Source: a bacterium (GTDB lineage: Bacteria; UBA8248). Taken from it: a stretch of DNA of 64,000 bases. The stretch is taken from assembly GCA_965261085.1 (NCBI GenBank), contig OZ253442.1, positions 2,976,001 through 3,040,000 on the forward strand. The letters are read 5' to 3'. The notes under the pieces were generated by a model. The model was not told the DNA's origin, did not search any database, and was given only the letters and a program-made list of their open reading frames with translations. A program made the position numbers and the translations under genes. This document shows positions 12,156-21,931 of this stretch, one piece after another. Position 1 is the stretch's first letter, and the number at the start of each line of letters is the position of its first letter.

Positions 12156-13103
12156 TCATTCAAACAAACTGCTGACGGACGCGTTCTCGTGAATGCGGCG
12201 AATCGCCTCGGCCAAAAGCCTCCCCACCTCCAGGACTTTAAGGCGGGAGCAGCCTCTCGCTTTATCCGAAAGCGGTATCGAATCGCTCACGACGAACTCG
12301 ACGATGCTCGATTTCTCGATTCTCTCCACCGCCGGACCCGACAAAACCGCGTGCGCACAGCATGCGTACACTTGCCGCGCGCCGGCCGCCATGAGCGCGT
12401 CGGCGCCCTGGCTTATGGTGCCCGCCGTATCGCAAAGATCATCAATGACCAGAACGTCGCACCCCTTCACGTCTCCGATGATGTTCATCACTTCCGAGTG
12501 GTTGGCCCGCTCCCTTCGTTTGTCGATAATGCCCAGGCCGGCGTTCAGCCTTCGCGCGTAATCCCGGGCCCTCTCCACGCCTCCGGCGTCGGGCGAGACG
12601 ACCACGAGATCCTTCAATTCTTTCTTCTTGAAATACTCTATCATGATGGGCGCCGAATACAGATGGTCCACGGGAATATCGAAAAAACCCTGTATCTGGC
12701 CCGCATGCAAATCCATGGCGATTACTCTGTCCGCGCCTGAGGCGGCCAAGAGGTTGGCAACGAGTTTCGCGGTAATCGGCACTCTGGGCTGCACCTTCCG
12801 GTCCTGACGAGCGTATGCGAAATAGGGTATCACCGCAGTGATGCGCTCGGCCGATGAGCGCCTGAACGCATCGAGCATGATGAGCATTTCCATCAGGTTC
12901 GCGTTCCCGGGGGAGCACAGACTCTGCACGGCGAACACGTCCGCGCCCCGGATGTTCTCGTTGATGCGGACAAACGTTTCCCCATCGCTGAAATCAATGA
13001 TTTCAATCGAGCCGGGCCGGATGTACAGAGACTCGAAAATGCTCTTGTTCAGGGCCGGATTCGAGCGCCCGCCGAATACCTTTAACTGATGTCCGTTCAC
13101 CAT
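12156..13103 (-). CDS. prs: Ribose-phosphate pyrophosphokinase
   Basis: FSDGE, PYFAYARQDRK, DLHAGQIQGFF, VSPDAGGVERA. Confidence 0.97.
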   Translation of the reverse strand: MVNGHQLKVFGGRSNPALNKSIFESLYIRPGSIEIIDFSDGETFVRINENIRGADVFAVQSLCSPGNANLMEMLIMLDAFRRSSAERITAVIPYFAYARQDRKVQPRVPITAKLVANLLAASGADRVIAMDLHAGQIQGFFDIPVDHLYSAPIMIEYFKKKELKDLVVVSPDAGGVERARDYARRLNAGLGIIDKRRERANHSEVMNIIGDVKGCDVLVIDDLCDTAGTISQGADALMAAGARQVYACCAHAVLSGPAVERIEKSSIVEFVVSDSIPLSDKARGCSRLKVLEVGRLLAEAIRRIHENASVSSLFE

Positions 13104-13243
13104 TTCTGCTCACCTAGTTATGTTCATTCAATCACAAAGAGCGAGTTTGATACTTGATTTTCCAGGCGGAGGCAAGTGGCGAGAGGCGAAATTCTCTCCA
13201 TTTCCCAATTTTTTAGAAATTTTATCTCATTTTTCGATTTTTT

Positions 13244-14131
13244 TTATTGAAAACACATCTCCTGGAGCGGCGTTGCGAGAAAACATTCGCATGCTTTTCC
13301 CTCTTCGCTCTTCTGGATTCGTATTGCCGCCCGTTCGGCTTCTCCTTTTCGGCGAAAAAAACCGAAAATTGTCGAGCCGCTGCCGCTCATGATGGCCCTT
13401 TTGGCGCCATATCGAACGAGCATCCCGCACAGGCCCTCAAGCTCCGGAAATTTTGAAAAAACGATATCTTGTAAATCATTGCCGTATTCATACCGCCCGA
13501 GGCGCATCGGGTCGTCTTTTTCGTCGAAATTCCGTCCTTCCCGACCCAGTTTTTCACGAGACCAAGTATAGACATCCTGCGTGGATAACGCTACGGGCGG
13601 CTTGACCAGCAGGAACCAACCACTCCTCAAGGCTTCTTTCGCTTCGACTCGCTCGCCCCGGCCCCGACATACCGCAGCCGGCCCGCCGAGAAAAAACGGA
13701 ACGTCCGAACCGATGCGCGCGGCCACCTCACTCAACTCCGCCTTGCGCATCCCGAGGTTCCAGGCACGGTTCAGCGCCCAGAGCACTCCCGCCGCGTTAC
13801 CACTCCCCCCGCCCAGGCCTGCGCCCGCGGGGATGTTCTTTTTCAAATAGATGCGCGCGCCGAGCGCTTCGCGTCCCGATGCCTCTCGCAAGGCCCTCGC
13901 CGCTCGATGCACGATGTTTTCTCCGCCGCCGGGAACATCATCCCGATCCGCATACACGAGAATCCTCTTGCCGCCCGGCTCGATTCGGACCTCATCATAC
14001 AGAGATATCTGCTGCATCCACGTGATGACCTCGTGATAGCCATCGGCGCGTAGGCCCAGAATCCTCAAGCACAGGTTAATTTTCGCAGGCGTCTTCAAAA
14101 CAACGGCTCCGGTAACGTCTTCGCCGCTCAT
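13244..14131 (-). CDS. ispE: 4-diphosphocytidyl-2-C-methyl-D-erythritol kinase
   Basis: PAKINL, KNIPAGAGLGGGSGNAA, GSDVPFF, MSGSGST; start approximate. Confidence 0.95.
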   Translation of the reverse strand: MSGEDVTGAVVLKTPAKINLCLRILGLRADGYHEVITWMQQISLYDEVRIEPGGKRILVYADRDDVPGGGENIVHRAARALREASGREALGARIYLKKNIPAGAGLGGGSGNAAGVLWALNRAWNLGMRKAELSEVAARIGSDVPFFLGGPAAVCRGRGERVEAKEALRSGWFLLVKPPVALSTQDVYTWSREKLGREGRNFDEKDDPMRLGRYEYGNDLQDIVFSKFPELEGLCGMLVRYGAKRAIMSGSGSTIFGFFRRKGEAERAAIRIQKSEEGKACECFLATPLQEMCFQ

Positions 14132-14139
14132 GGAACGGG

Positions 14140-14979
14140 CTATCCTTCCAGCCACAGCGTTCTGGCGCCCCGGGGCGGCTTGAGACGAAACAATTCGTCC
14201 GGAAGCGCCGTATCCACCGCACCCTCATCGGCGGGATAAGAGATGTGGAGCCGATTCTTCCCCCCGGGGCCCAGAATCTCCACCTGCGAGGGACGCCACA
14301 CTTCGCCGGTTTTGAGAAACCCGCCGTAGCGAACCGCAATCGCCCCCCCCTGCGTGCGAATCTCCATTTTCACCGGATGCAAATCGCGAGGCTCCAATTC
14401 GACAAAACCTGAAACCACCCCTTCGAATCCCCTCCTCGTCTTGAGCACATAGACGGAGCCCGGCTTTTTTAATTCGAGATTTTCCTCACCCCCCAGCACA
14501 ACCACCCAATCTCCCAGCAAGAGCTTGATGAAAATTTCGCTGTCCAGCGGGATTCCCAAAATCCGCTCGATCCCCCGTCTGTTCGTCCTCCCCATGTATA
14601 CGGCGTTTCGCGAGGGAGAGTAGGCGCGAAACGAAGCGCCTCGCGCGACAACGACCACCAGGGGCGTGCCGAAGGGGGAGAGAGGCTCTAACCGCAGCGA
14701 GTCGGGTTGCCGTAAGACGAGCGCCGCATGGCCGGAAAACGAACCCTGGGGAACCAGGGGGTTCGCGAGTCTTGTTTCCGCCCGGGCGTCGAGAAACCGC
14801 AACTGCATGAACACGGCGCCCCGGTACGCGCGAGGATATCGCCTTGCCTTGAGTTTGGCGATTATTTCCGCCCGCGACACATCACGCAGCGGGACTTCAC
14901 CGACTTGCCCGGTTTGAAGGAGCGCGCAACCGGCCATCGCGCAACACAACCATGCCAGACAAAAACGCAAGATACGCAA
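14140..14979 (-). CDS. Lipoprotein, LolB-like/DUF4292-type
   Basis: Lipobox AMAGC; LRLEPLSPFGTP motif; occupies the lolB position between the TPR gene and ispE. Confidence 0.6.
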   Translation of the reverse strand: MRILRFCLAWLCCAMAGCALLQTGQVGEVPLRDVSRAEIIAKLKARRYPRAYRGAVFMQLRFLDARAETRLANPLVPQGSFSGHAALVLRQPDSLRLEPLSPFGTPLVVVVARGASFRAYSPSRNAVYMGRTNRRGIERILGIPLDSEIFIKLLLGDWVVVLGGEENLELKKPGSVYVLKTRRGFEGVVSGFVELEPRDLHPVKMEIRTQGGAIAVRYGGFLKTGEVWRPSQVEILGPGGKNRLHISYPADEGAVDTALPDELFRLKPPRGARTLWLEG

Positions 14980-15065
14980 AAATCAAATATCCCCGGTGAG
15001 AGAAATCGAGAAAATACGGGCGAGAACCAACGGGCGCGGCCAAGTGCTCAAGAAATCGGATATCC

Positions 15066-16802
15066 CTACATGAGGGGCTTATTCTGTTTGGAGAGGTGCG
15101 TTTGAATCTTTTTCTTCAATTTTTCGTTCTTCGGATCCACTTTGGAAGCGCGCTTCCAATGGAGAAGCGCTTTTTCGACATCGTGCAAGGCGATATATAT
15201 ATCGCCCAGGTGTTCGAGGATGACGGCGTCTTTCGGCATCTTCGTCGCCGCGTGGCGCACCTTCACGAGCGCTTCCTGAAAGCGGCCCTGGCGATAATAA
15301 ATCCACCCGATGCTGTCGAGAAAAGCGGCGTTCTCCGGTTCAACCGCCAAGGCGCGATCCAGAAGTTTCCCCGCCTCATCGAGGTTCTTGTCGAGTTCGG
15401 AGAACATATAGCCCAGCAAGTTCAGGGCGTTGGCATGCTTCGGGTTCTTTTGAATGATCTTTCTCGCCGCTGCTTCTACGTCGTCCCAGCGCTTGAGCTC
15501 ATAAGACACCGAGGCGAGAGAATACAAATAACCCTCCCGGTCTGGTTCCAGCTTCACCGCTTTCTGAGCATAGGGCAGAGCTTTGGTGAACTCCTTTTGT
15601 CTGGACAGCGACAAACCGCGCGTATAATACACCCGCCCTACTTCGGGATGGTGCTTTTCGGCTTTATCCAAAATATCGCTAGCCTTCTTCCACTTTTTCT
15701 GGTCGATGTACAACCAGGCGAGTTGGATGTGCCCGTCCAGCGACTTGGGCAACAGCGACAATAATTCGAGAAGCTCCTCCTCGGCGCGCTCATATTGCTT
15801 GAGTTCTTCGTAAATCCTCGCAACATACTTGCGGACCATTTCGTCTTTCGGGTTTCTCGCCAGCACGAATCGAAATTCCTGAAGCGCATCCTGGTATTCT
15901 CTTTGATCAAAGTTCAAAAAACCGAGGGTCCGGTGCACCCTCACGTTACCGGGCTCCTTCGAGCCGAGCACTTTGAACTCCTCGAGAGCCTGCTTTATGT
16001 TCTTCTTTCGGATATAGAGCTGCCCCAGGCGGGAGCGAATCAGCCGGTTGTCGGGTTCGTTTTTTTGCGCCTTGATGTAGGTCGCTTCCGCCTCGCCGAA
16101 TTTCTCCTGCACTTCATAGATTCTGGCGAGAAGAAGCATTCCTCGCGTGAATTTCGGTTCTCTTTCAAGGATTCTGGAAATTTCCTTCTCCGCCTCGCCA
16201 TATTTCTTCATGCCTGCATAGGCTTGCGCCAGATGATATCTGCCGAGCACGGACCTTCTCCCCGACTTGACGAGGACCTCCAACGTCTCGGCGGCTTCGG
16301 CATACTTGCCCAAATCCAGGTAGACGCTGCCCAGGAGCAGGCGCGTTTCCTGGTGTTCCGGGCTCATTTTCAGCAACTCGGTATAAGTGGCGACGGCCTT
16401 ATCCAGCTTCGTCCGCGAAGCGTATATGCCCCCTAGAACGAAGTGGGCCTCGAGGTTCTTGGCATTCTGCGTCGTCGCCTTGAGGGCGAATTTTTCGGCC
16501 TCGCCCAGCTTCCCTTGGCGGACGAGAAGCGATGCCAGCCGAGTCGCCAAAAAAGAGGAGTCCGGGTTGTTCCTGACCGCCTGGAAATAAGACGATTCCG
16601 CTTCTTTGAGGTTTCCGGCCACTTCTTCGCGATACCCGGCGATGAAGTGAAAATAGGACTTTGACGTCCCCTTTACTTTGTCTGAAAGCGGACGCAGTTC
16701 GACCGCGGTCTTTGGCTTCACCTCCGGTTCCGGCTCCAGCGGCACACATCCCGGCAGGATCAGAACGAGGGGCAATATCATCTTGACATAGAATTTCACC
16801 AT
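15066..16802 (-). CDS. TPR-repeat lipoprotein
   Basis: Lipobox ILPGC, many TPRs, ALNLLGY and AFLDSIGWIYY; conserved TPR-lolB-ispE context. Confidence 0.85.
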   Translation of the reverse strand: MVKFYVKMILPLVLILPGCVPLEPEPEVKPKTAVELRPLSDKVKGTSKSYFHFIAGYREEVAGNLKEAESSYFQAVRNNPDSSFLATRLASLLVRQGKLGEAEKFALKATTQNAKNLEAHFVLGGIYASRTKLDKAVATYTELLKMSPEHQETRLLLGSVYLDLGKYAEAAETLEVLVKSGRRSVLGRYHLAQAYAGMKKYGEAEKEISRILEREPKFTRGMLLLARIYEVQEKFGEAEATYIKAQKNEPDNRLIRSRLGQLYIRKKNIKQALEEFKVLGSKEPGNVRVHRTLGFLNFDQREYQDALQEFRFVLARNPKDEMVRKYVARIYEELKQYERAEEELLELLSLLPKSLDGHIQLAWLYIDQKKWKKASDILDKAEKHHPEVGRVYYTRGLSLSRQKEFTKALPYAQKAVKLEPDREGYLYSLASVSYELKRWDDVEAAARKIIQKNPKHANALNLLGYMFSELDKNLDEAGKLLDRALAVEPENAAFLDSIGWIYYRQGRFQEALVKVRHAATKMPKDAVILEHLGDIYIALHDVEKALLHWKRASKVDPKNEKLKKKIQTHLSKQNKPLM

Positions 16803-16842
16803 CGAATGCGACCTCTCCAACAATTTCCCACGCCGGATATTA

Positions 16843-17340
16843 TCACAACTGGGAATCCCCATGCGTCCGAATATGGCGAATGAGTTTCTTCGCCGCACGG
16901 CGTATTTGCTCATCCCCCATATCGGCGATGGCGTCCTCTATGGCGGCGTCATCGCCGGAAGAAATCGGCGTCGCTTTCCTGGAAAACGCCGCCGGTTCAC
17001 CCTGCTCGTCATCATAGCCGAACGTGATGCCTGCGTTCGACAACGTGAAGCGAATCTCATCGACACGAGAATCCTCCATGTGCTCATTGATTCTCGCCAG
17101 CAACTCCTGCTTTCTGAACTCGAGTTCATACAGCCAGCTCGAGTCCGCCACTTCCACGTGCAGACAATTGTTTTTAAGAGATACCGGGCGGGCCGCCCGG
17201 GAGATGCCCTCGCCCACGGCCCTCGGCCAGATGCGGAACACGAAATTCCTGGCCAGCCGTCTGCCCCACGGCTCTTTTCGGCGGACCTCTTTCAGGATGG
17301 AGGCAAACCTCCTGGGCTTCGAGAAGGGGCCCCTAGCCAT
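16843..17340 (-). CDS. DciA (DUF721) family protein
   Basis: WPRAVGEGI...LHVEVADSSWLYELEFRKQELLARIN...IRF pattern. Confidence 0.8.
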   Translation of the reverse strand: MARGPFSKPRRFASILKEVRRKEPWGRRLARNFVFRIWPRAVGEGISRAARPVSLKNNCLHVEVADSSWLYELEFRKQELLARINEHMEDSRVDEIRFTLSNAGITFGYDDEQGEPAAFSRKATPISSGDDAAIEDAIADMGDEQIRRAAKKLIRHIRTHGDSQL

Positions 17341-18031
17341 TCGGAACGCCTTCCTGCCTGAGATTCCCGACGGTTTCGCCACCATTCAGCCTGGAAATTT
17401 CCACCATCACGCGATCGATGATCTTCTGGCTCGCCTCTTTCGTGTTGGCGATGGAATACTCATCGCTTAAATCCATCGGCGCGCCGAATCGCAACTCGAC
17501 CCTCGTCCCCGGGCGGGGGATGGTTTTGCCCACCGGAATCACCTGGTCCGTCCCCTTTATGGAGACGGGGACAACCGTGGGCGTGGTATTCCTCACGATT
17601 CGGCCCACCATGCGGTTCCCCCGCAGGAGCTGCCCGTCGCGGCTCCTCGTGCCCTCGGGGTAGAGGATTACTTTTCCCTCTCTGATATATTCCTCAATCA
17701 TGCGGATGGACTTTCTGTCCGCCCCGCCTCGCTTGATGGGGAAACCCCGCCATTTGCGCAATATCCAGCCCACGACGGGGAGATCGAAAAGCTCTTCTTT
17801 TCCCGCCTGGCGAAGCAATTCTTCAGGATATTTCAGGTAGATGGCCCAGGGTATCACCAGCACGTCGAGGGCGGAGATATGATTGCTCAAAAAGAGAATG
17901 TTTCCCCCCGGCGGGATGTTTTCCATTCCGCTGATTCTCATGCGCGTGAACAGGCGCACCAAAAGGCTCACGAAGGCGCATCCCAGCTTTATCATCACCC
18001 GCTCTGCCAATGGACCGGTACCTGCGATCAA
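17333..18031 (-). CDS. plsC: 1-acyl-sn-glycerol-3-phosphate acyltransferase (PlsC family)
   Basis: NHISALD (HX4D), FPIKRG, YPEGTRS. Confidence 0.88.
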   Translation of the reverse strand: MIAGTGPLAERVMIKLGCAFVSLLVRLFTRMRISGMENIPPGGNILFLSNHISALDVLVIPWAIYLKYPEELLRQAGKEELFDLPVVGWILRKWRGFPIKRGGADRKSIRMIEEYIREGKVILYPEGTRSRDGQLLRGNRMVGRIVRNTTPTVVPVSIKGTDQVIPVGKTIPRPGTRVELRFGAPMDLSDEYSIANTKEASQKIIDRVMVEISRLNGGETVGNLRQEGVPNG

Positions 18032-18457
18032 CTCGAAAATCTCCCCTCATACAGGGATGAAAAATCACTGAATTTCATGGTTTTCAATAACCGAACCACC
18101 CAGAAGGCGTAGGGCGCAACTGTCCGCAAACGGACGGAAGCGCATTATACTCCCTCATGATGGAGAAGAACAAAGGGCGGGATTGAAAAATGAGGTTGCC
18201 CGGCGAAGAAGGGGGTGCAATAATTCGTCCGCCTTGCAAGGAAATGGTTTTCGCCTCCACCACAACTATCCCGAATCCTGCTTCTCTCTCCAAAGGATGA
18301 GTCTTCAGGCTTTTTTGAAGCAAAGATTGTAGAGTCCGGAGCAAATCATCGCTATAAGGCGATTCTCGCGCCCATTCAAATTTTACCCCCTCCGCCTTTA
18401 GTGCTAGGGTCCCTGCATAATCGTTTACCACACGCAGCAAACCCTCTGGGAGGGACG

Positions 18458-19864
18458 ATGAAACCGCCCAAAAGAACACTGGCAATTTTCCTCACAATGA
18501 TTCTGGTTTCCGGGTGTGGTGGCGGAGGGGGCGGTTCTTCCATGACGGCCCAGCGCCCCGCCGTGATGCCGCCCCCGCCAAGAGAAATTTCGGGAGCGAG
18601 GGGCGCGCCGATATTAGAACTCGATGGTCGCACCTTCGTGGGCGTTCCCTCGGCACCCACCCATACTCTCCCCCTGCGCCGGACCGGAGCCGACGGCTCT
18701 CCTATTGATGAGAAAGGCATCGAGATACATGCCGGAGCCGCTCGCGACGGCGCGGGAGCCGCTGACGTCCTCACGCGCTTGAGAGACAGCGCCGCCGCGC
18801 GCCCATATGGGCTCGCCACCTTCTCCTCCCCGCCACTCGTCCGTGTCGCGTCGGGGACGAGCCGGGAGTTCATCGCCGCCGCCGTCCGCGCCGTGCAATT
18901 TATCAACGCTTCTTTGCCCTACGACAAGCGCATCCGGCTCAGCGCCGATCCCGCGCCCCACTTCTCCCCCCAAAGGAGCATCCCCGATGGCGAGATTCAT
19001 ATCGACTTCGTTCCCGCCGGGACATTTAGCCGAATCCTCCCTCCCGGTGAGGACCCTGTCGGCGCCGCCCTCGGCACGCAGTCGAGTCGCGGGGAAGCGT
19101 ATAGCGCCCAGATTCTCGTCGATGAGGACATATTAAGAAAAGGCTATAGTGAATACGCTCTGTTCCACACGCTGGTTCACGAGCTGCTTCACGCCCTCGG
19201 TTTCTGGAGCCACGCCAACCCCTTGCGCTTTCCGCGTTCCGTCATACGCCCCCGGATACCGCAAAACGTCAACACCTATATTCTCGGCCCCGCCGACAGG
19301 GAGGCCCTGCTCGCGGCTTACACCAGATTCAGGCCCGGAGCCGAGGCCCATGAAATATCGGCCCAGAGCCTCGGGGCATGGACGGACGTATCCACTCACC
19401 TGCTCGGAATCATGGAACTTGAAGGCGGCCAGAGCGTAGGCTTCGGCGTCGTTTTCAGGAACGGCCTCTTCCAGCCCTGGGCGAGTGGCCCAACTCCGCC
19501 GACGAGCCTCGGAAACAACCGGGCGCTACGCGGGACCGTGAGTTGGGACGGTCTGTTTCTCGGTATGACGCCTTCCGCTCGCCACCTCGTCGATGGCGAC
19601 GCCCTTCTCGCTATCAACCTCCTCACGCTCGCCGGAAGCCTCGACCTAACGAATATGACTCAGACGCGCGTGTCCGATACTTCGCTATCGACATGGGGGG
19701 ACGGCAACCTGCGCTATTCTGTGGATGTGGAGCGCAACTCGTTCCGAAGCACTGGAGGGGACGACGGCCAAGTTGCGGGTGCTTTTTTCGGGCGAAACCA
19801 TGAGGCAATGGGCGGTGTTCTGGAGAGGCGTGACTTGAGCGGAGCTTTTGGCGGCAAGCGCTGA
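18458..19864 (+). CDS. Lipoprotein with Zn-metallopeptidase motif and TbpB-like C-terminal beta-barrel
   Basis: GGAGG SD; lipobox LVSGC followed by GGGGGGSS; HELLHALGFWSH; C-terminus GAFFGRNHEAMGGVL...GAFGGKR. Confidence 0.75.
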   Translation: MKPPKRTLAIFLTMILVSGCGGGGGGSSMTAQRPAVMPPPPREISGARGAPILELDGRTFVGVPSAPTHTLPLRRTGADGSPIDEKGIEIHAGAARDGAGAADVLTRLRDSAAARPYGLATFSSPPLVRVASGTSREFIAAAVRAVQFINASLPYDKRIRLSADPAPHFSPQRSIPDGEIHIDFVPAGTFSRILPPGEDPVGAALGTQSSRGEAYSAQILVDEDILRKGYSEYALFHTLVHELLHALGFWSHANPLRFPRSVIRPRIPQNVNTYILGPADREALLAAYTRFRPGAEAHEISAQSLGAWTDVSTHLLGIMELEGGQSVGFGVVFRNGLFQPWASGPTPPTSLGNNRALRGTVSWDGLFLGMTPSARHLVDGDALLAINLLTLAGSLDLTNMTQTRVSDTSLSTWGDGNLRYSVDVERNSFRSTGGDDGQVAGAFFGRNHEAMGGVLERRDLSGAFGGKR

Positions 19865-19971
19865 TTGTTTGTTCCGGACAACTGTATCCATAACTCGACA
19901 GGTCGGCGGGGAATGATGTAGGTTTCGTTCAAAAGGAGTTCCTGACCGCCTGCCCGGAAGGGGAGTTTTTC

Positions 19972-21351
19972 GTGCCCGGCATCAACCCGCTCATCTTCAG
20001 GGAATACGACATTCGCGGCGTGGTGGAGAAAGACCTCACCACCGGGATCGTCGAGACCATCGGCGGCGCCCTCGGCACGCACCTGGGCGGCGCGCAAGGA
20101 GCCGCCATCGCCGTCGGGCGGGACAACCGCTTCTCCTCCCCCGATTTTTACGATGCGCTCCAAAAGGGACTCACCGCCACGGGCTGCCGCGTCATCGGGA
20201 TCGGCATGGTTCCCACCCCGGTGGTTTCCTTCGCGACGCACCACTTCGACGTGGCGGGAGCGGTGCAGATCACGGGTTCGCATAACCCGCCTGAATTCAA
20301 CGGCTTCAAGATCACCCGGGGACACGAGGCGATTCATGGCGCGGAAATCCAGGAAATAAGAAAAATCATCGAAGAGGGCCGGATTCACCGCGCAGAGACA
20401 CGGGGGACGTTCGAGGAAATCGACATCAGGCCCCAATACATCGAGCGCGCTTCTCAGGATATCGCGCTCTCGCGGCCCGTCAAGGTGGTCGTCGATGCGG
20501 GAAACGGCGTCGGCGGCACGGTGGCGCCCCAGGTGCTGAGAAACATCGGCGCCGAGGTGGTGGAGCTCTTCACCGAGCCGGACGCCTCCTATCCGAATCA
20601 CCACCCCGACCCCACGGTGCCCAAAAATCTGGAATCCCTGATATCGAAGGTGCGCGAAACGGGCGCCGAGGCGGGAATCGGGCTGGACGGGGACGGGGAC
20701 CGCATCGGCGCGGTGGACGCCAAGGGCAGAATCATCTGGGGGGATGAGTTGCTCATGCTCCTCGCTGCGCCCATTCTGGCGCGATGCCCGGGAGAGGCCA
20801 TCGTCTTCGACGTGAAGTGCTCATCGCGCCTGGCCGACGCCGTGAAACAGATGGGCGGGCGTCCGGTGATGAGCGCGACGGGCCACTCGCTCGTGCGCGC
20901 CAAGATAGTGGAGGAGAAAGCCCCCCTGGGCGGGGAGCTCTCCGGCCACATCTTTTTCGTGGATGGTTACCTGGGTTATGACGACGCCATCTACACCGCC
21001 GCCAGGCTCTTGCATCTTCTTTGCGACTCAGAGGAAACGCTCGCCGAGCGGGTCTCTAAAATCCCCACTTCGGTCTCCACGCCCGAGATCAGGGTCGCGT
21101 GTCCGGATGAGGAGAAATTCGAGATCGTCGAGAACCTAAAGATACACTTTAAGAAACTTTACGAAACTATTGAAGTTGATGGCGCGCGCATCAACTTCGA
21201 GAAAGGCTGGGGTCTCATTCGGGCATCGAACACGCAGCCCGTCCTCGTCATGCGCTTCGAGGCGCTCGATGAACCCTCCCTGCAGGCATACCAGAGCGAA
21301 GTATACGAGGAGATAAAAAAATATCCCGCCGTCTCCCTGCCAGATGCGTAG
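19972..21351 (+). CDS. Phosphomannomutase/phosphoglucomutase
   Basis: IFREYDIRG, ITGSHNPPEFNGFK, DGDGDR, GELSGH, RASNTQP. Confidence 0.95.
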   Translation: MPGINPLIFREYDIRGVVEKDLTTGIVETIGGALGTHLGGAQGAAIAVGRDNRFSSPDFYDALQKGLTATGCRVIGIGMVPTPVVSFATHHFDVAGAVQITGSHNPPEFNGFKITRGHEAIHGAEIQEIRKIIEEGRIHRAETRGTFEEIDIRPQYIERASQDIALSRPVKVVVDAGNGVGGTVAPQVLRNIGAEVVELFTEPDASYPNHHPDPTVPKNLESLISKVRETGAEAGIGLDGDGDRIGAVDAKGRIIWGDELLMLLAAPILARCPGEAIVFDVKCSSRLADAVKQMGGRPVMSATGHSLVRAKIVEEKAPLGGELSGHIFFVDGYLGYDDAIYTAARLLHLLCDSEETLAERVSKIPTSVSTPEIRVACPDEEKFEIVENLKIHFKKLYETIEVDGARINFEKGWGLIRASNTQPVLVMRFEALDEPSLQAYQSEVYEEIKKYPAVSLPDA

Positions 21352-21931
21352 ACTTCGCGCACTTTATGACTGGGTGCTGAGCTGGGCGGATTCGCGCTAC
21401 GCCCTGCCCGCCCTCATCATCGTATCGACCACGGAATCCATCTTCTTCCCCATACCGCCGGACCCGCTCCTGATGGCCCTGGCGCTTTCCAGACCGCAAA
21501 AAGCGTATCTCTACGCCGCCGTCTGCTCGGCATCCTCCGTTGTGGGCGGCGCGCTGGGCTACCTCATCGGCTTTTATCTCTTAAAAAGCATCGGTGAGCC
21601 CATCATCGCGTTCTACGGCGTGGCCGATAAATTCCAGCTCGTCCAGGAATACTACCGCGCCTATGACGCCTGGGCGGTGGGAATCGCAGGCTTCACGCCT
21701 ATCCCCTATAAAGTGTTCACGATTTCGGCGGGCGCGTTCGAAATAAACTTTCTCGTTTTCCTCATCGCATCGACCTTAAGCCGCTCGGCGCGCTTTTTCA
21801 TCGAGGCCGCGCTCATCCACCGATTCGGCCCGCCGATAAGAAGTTTCATTGATCGCTACTTTAATTTATTGACCATTCTATTTATCGTATTGCTCTTGGG
21901 CGGTTTTCTCCTGTTCAAAGGATTCTTCTAG
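21344..21931 (+). CDS. YqaA/DedA family membrane protein
   Basis: ESIFFPIPPD, GFTPIPYKVFTI, RSARFF. Confidence 0.9.
   Translation: MRRLRALYDWVLSWADSRYALPALIIVSTTESIFFPIPPDPLLMALALSRPQKAYLYAAVCSASSVVGGALGYLIGFYLLKSIGEPIIAFYGVADKFQLVQEYYRAYDAWAVGIAGFTPIPYKVFTISAGAFEINFLVFLIASTLSRSARFFIEAALIHRFGPPIRSFIDRYFNLLTILFIVLLLGGFLLFKGFF

Noticed and set aside
13104-13243. tRNA-Gln expected between ispE and prs
   Set aside because: No T-loop GTTCGA motif or cloverleaf on either strand.
18084-18485. 133-aa minus-strand ORF
   Set aside because: It overlaps the lipoprotein start and promoter region, with no SD or recognisable motif.
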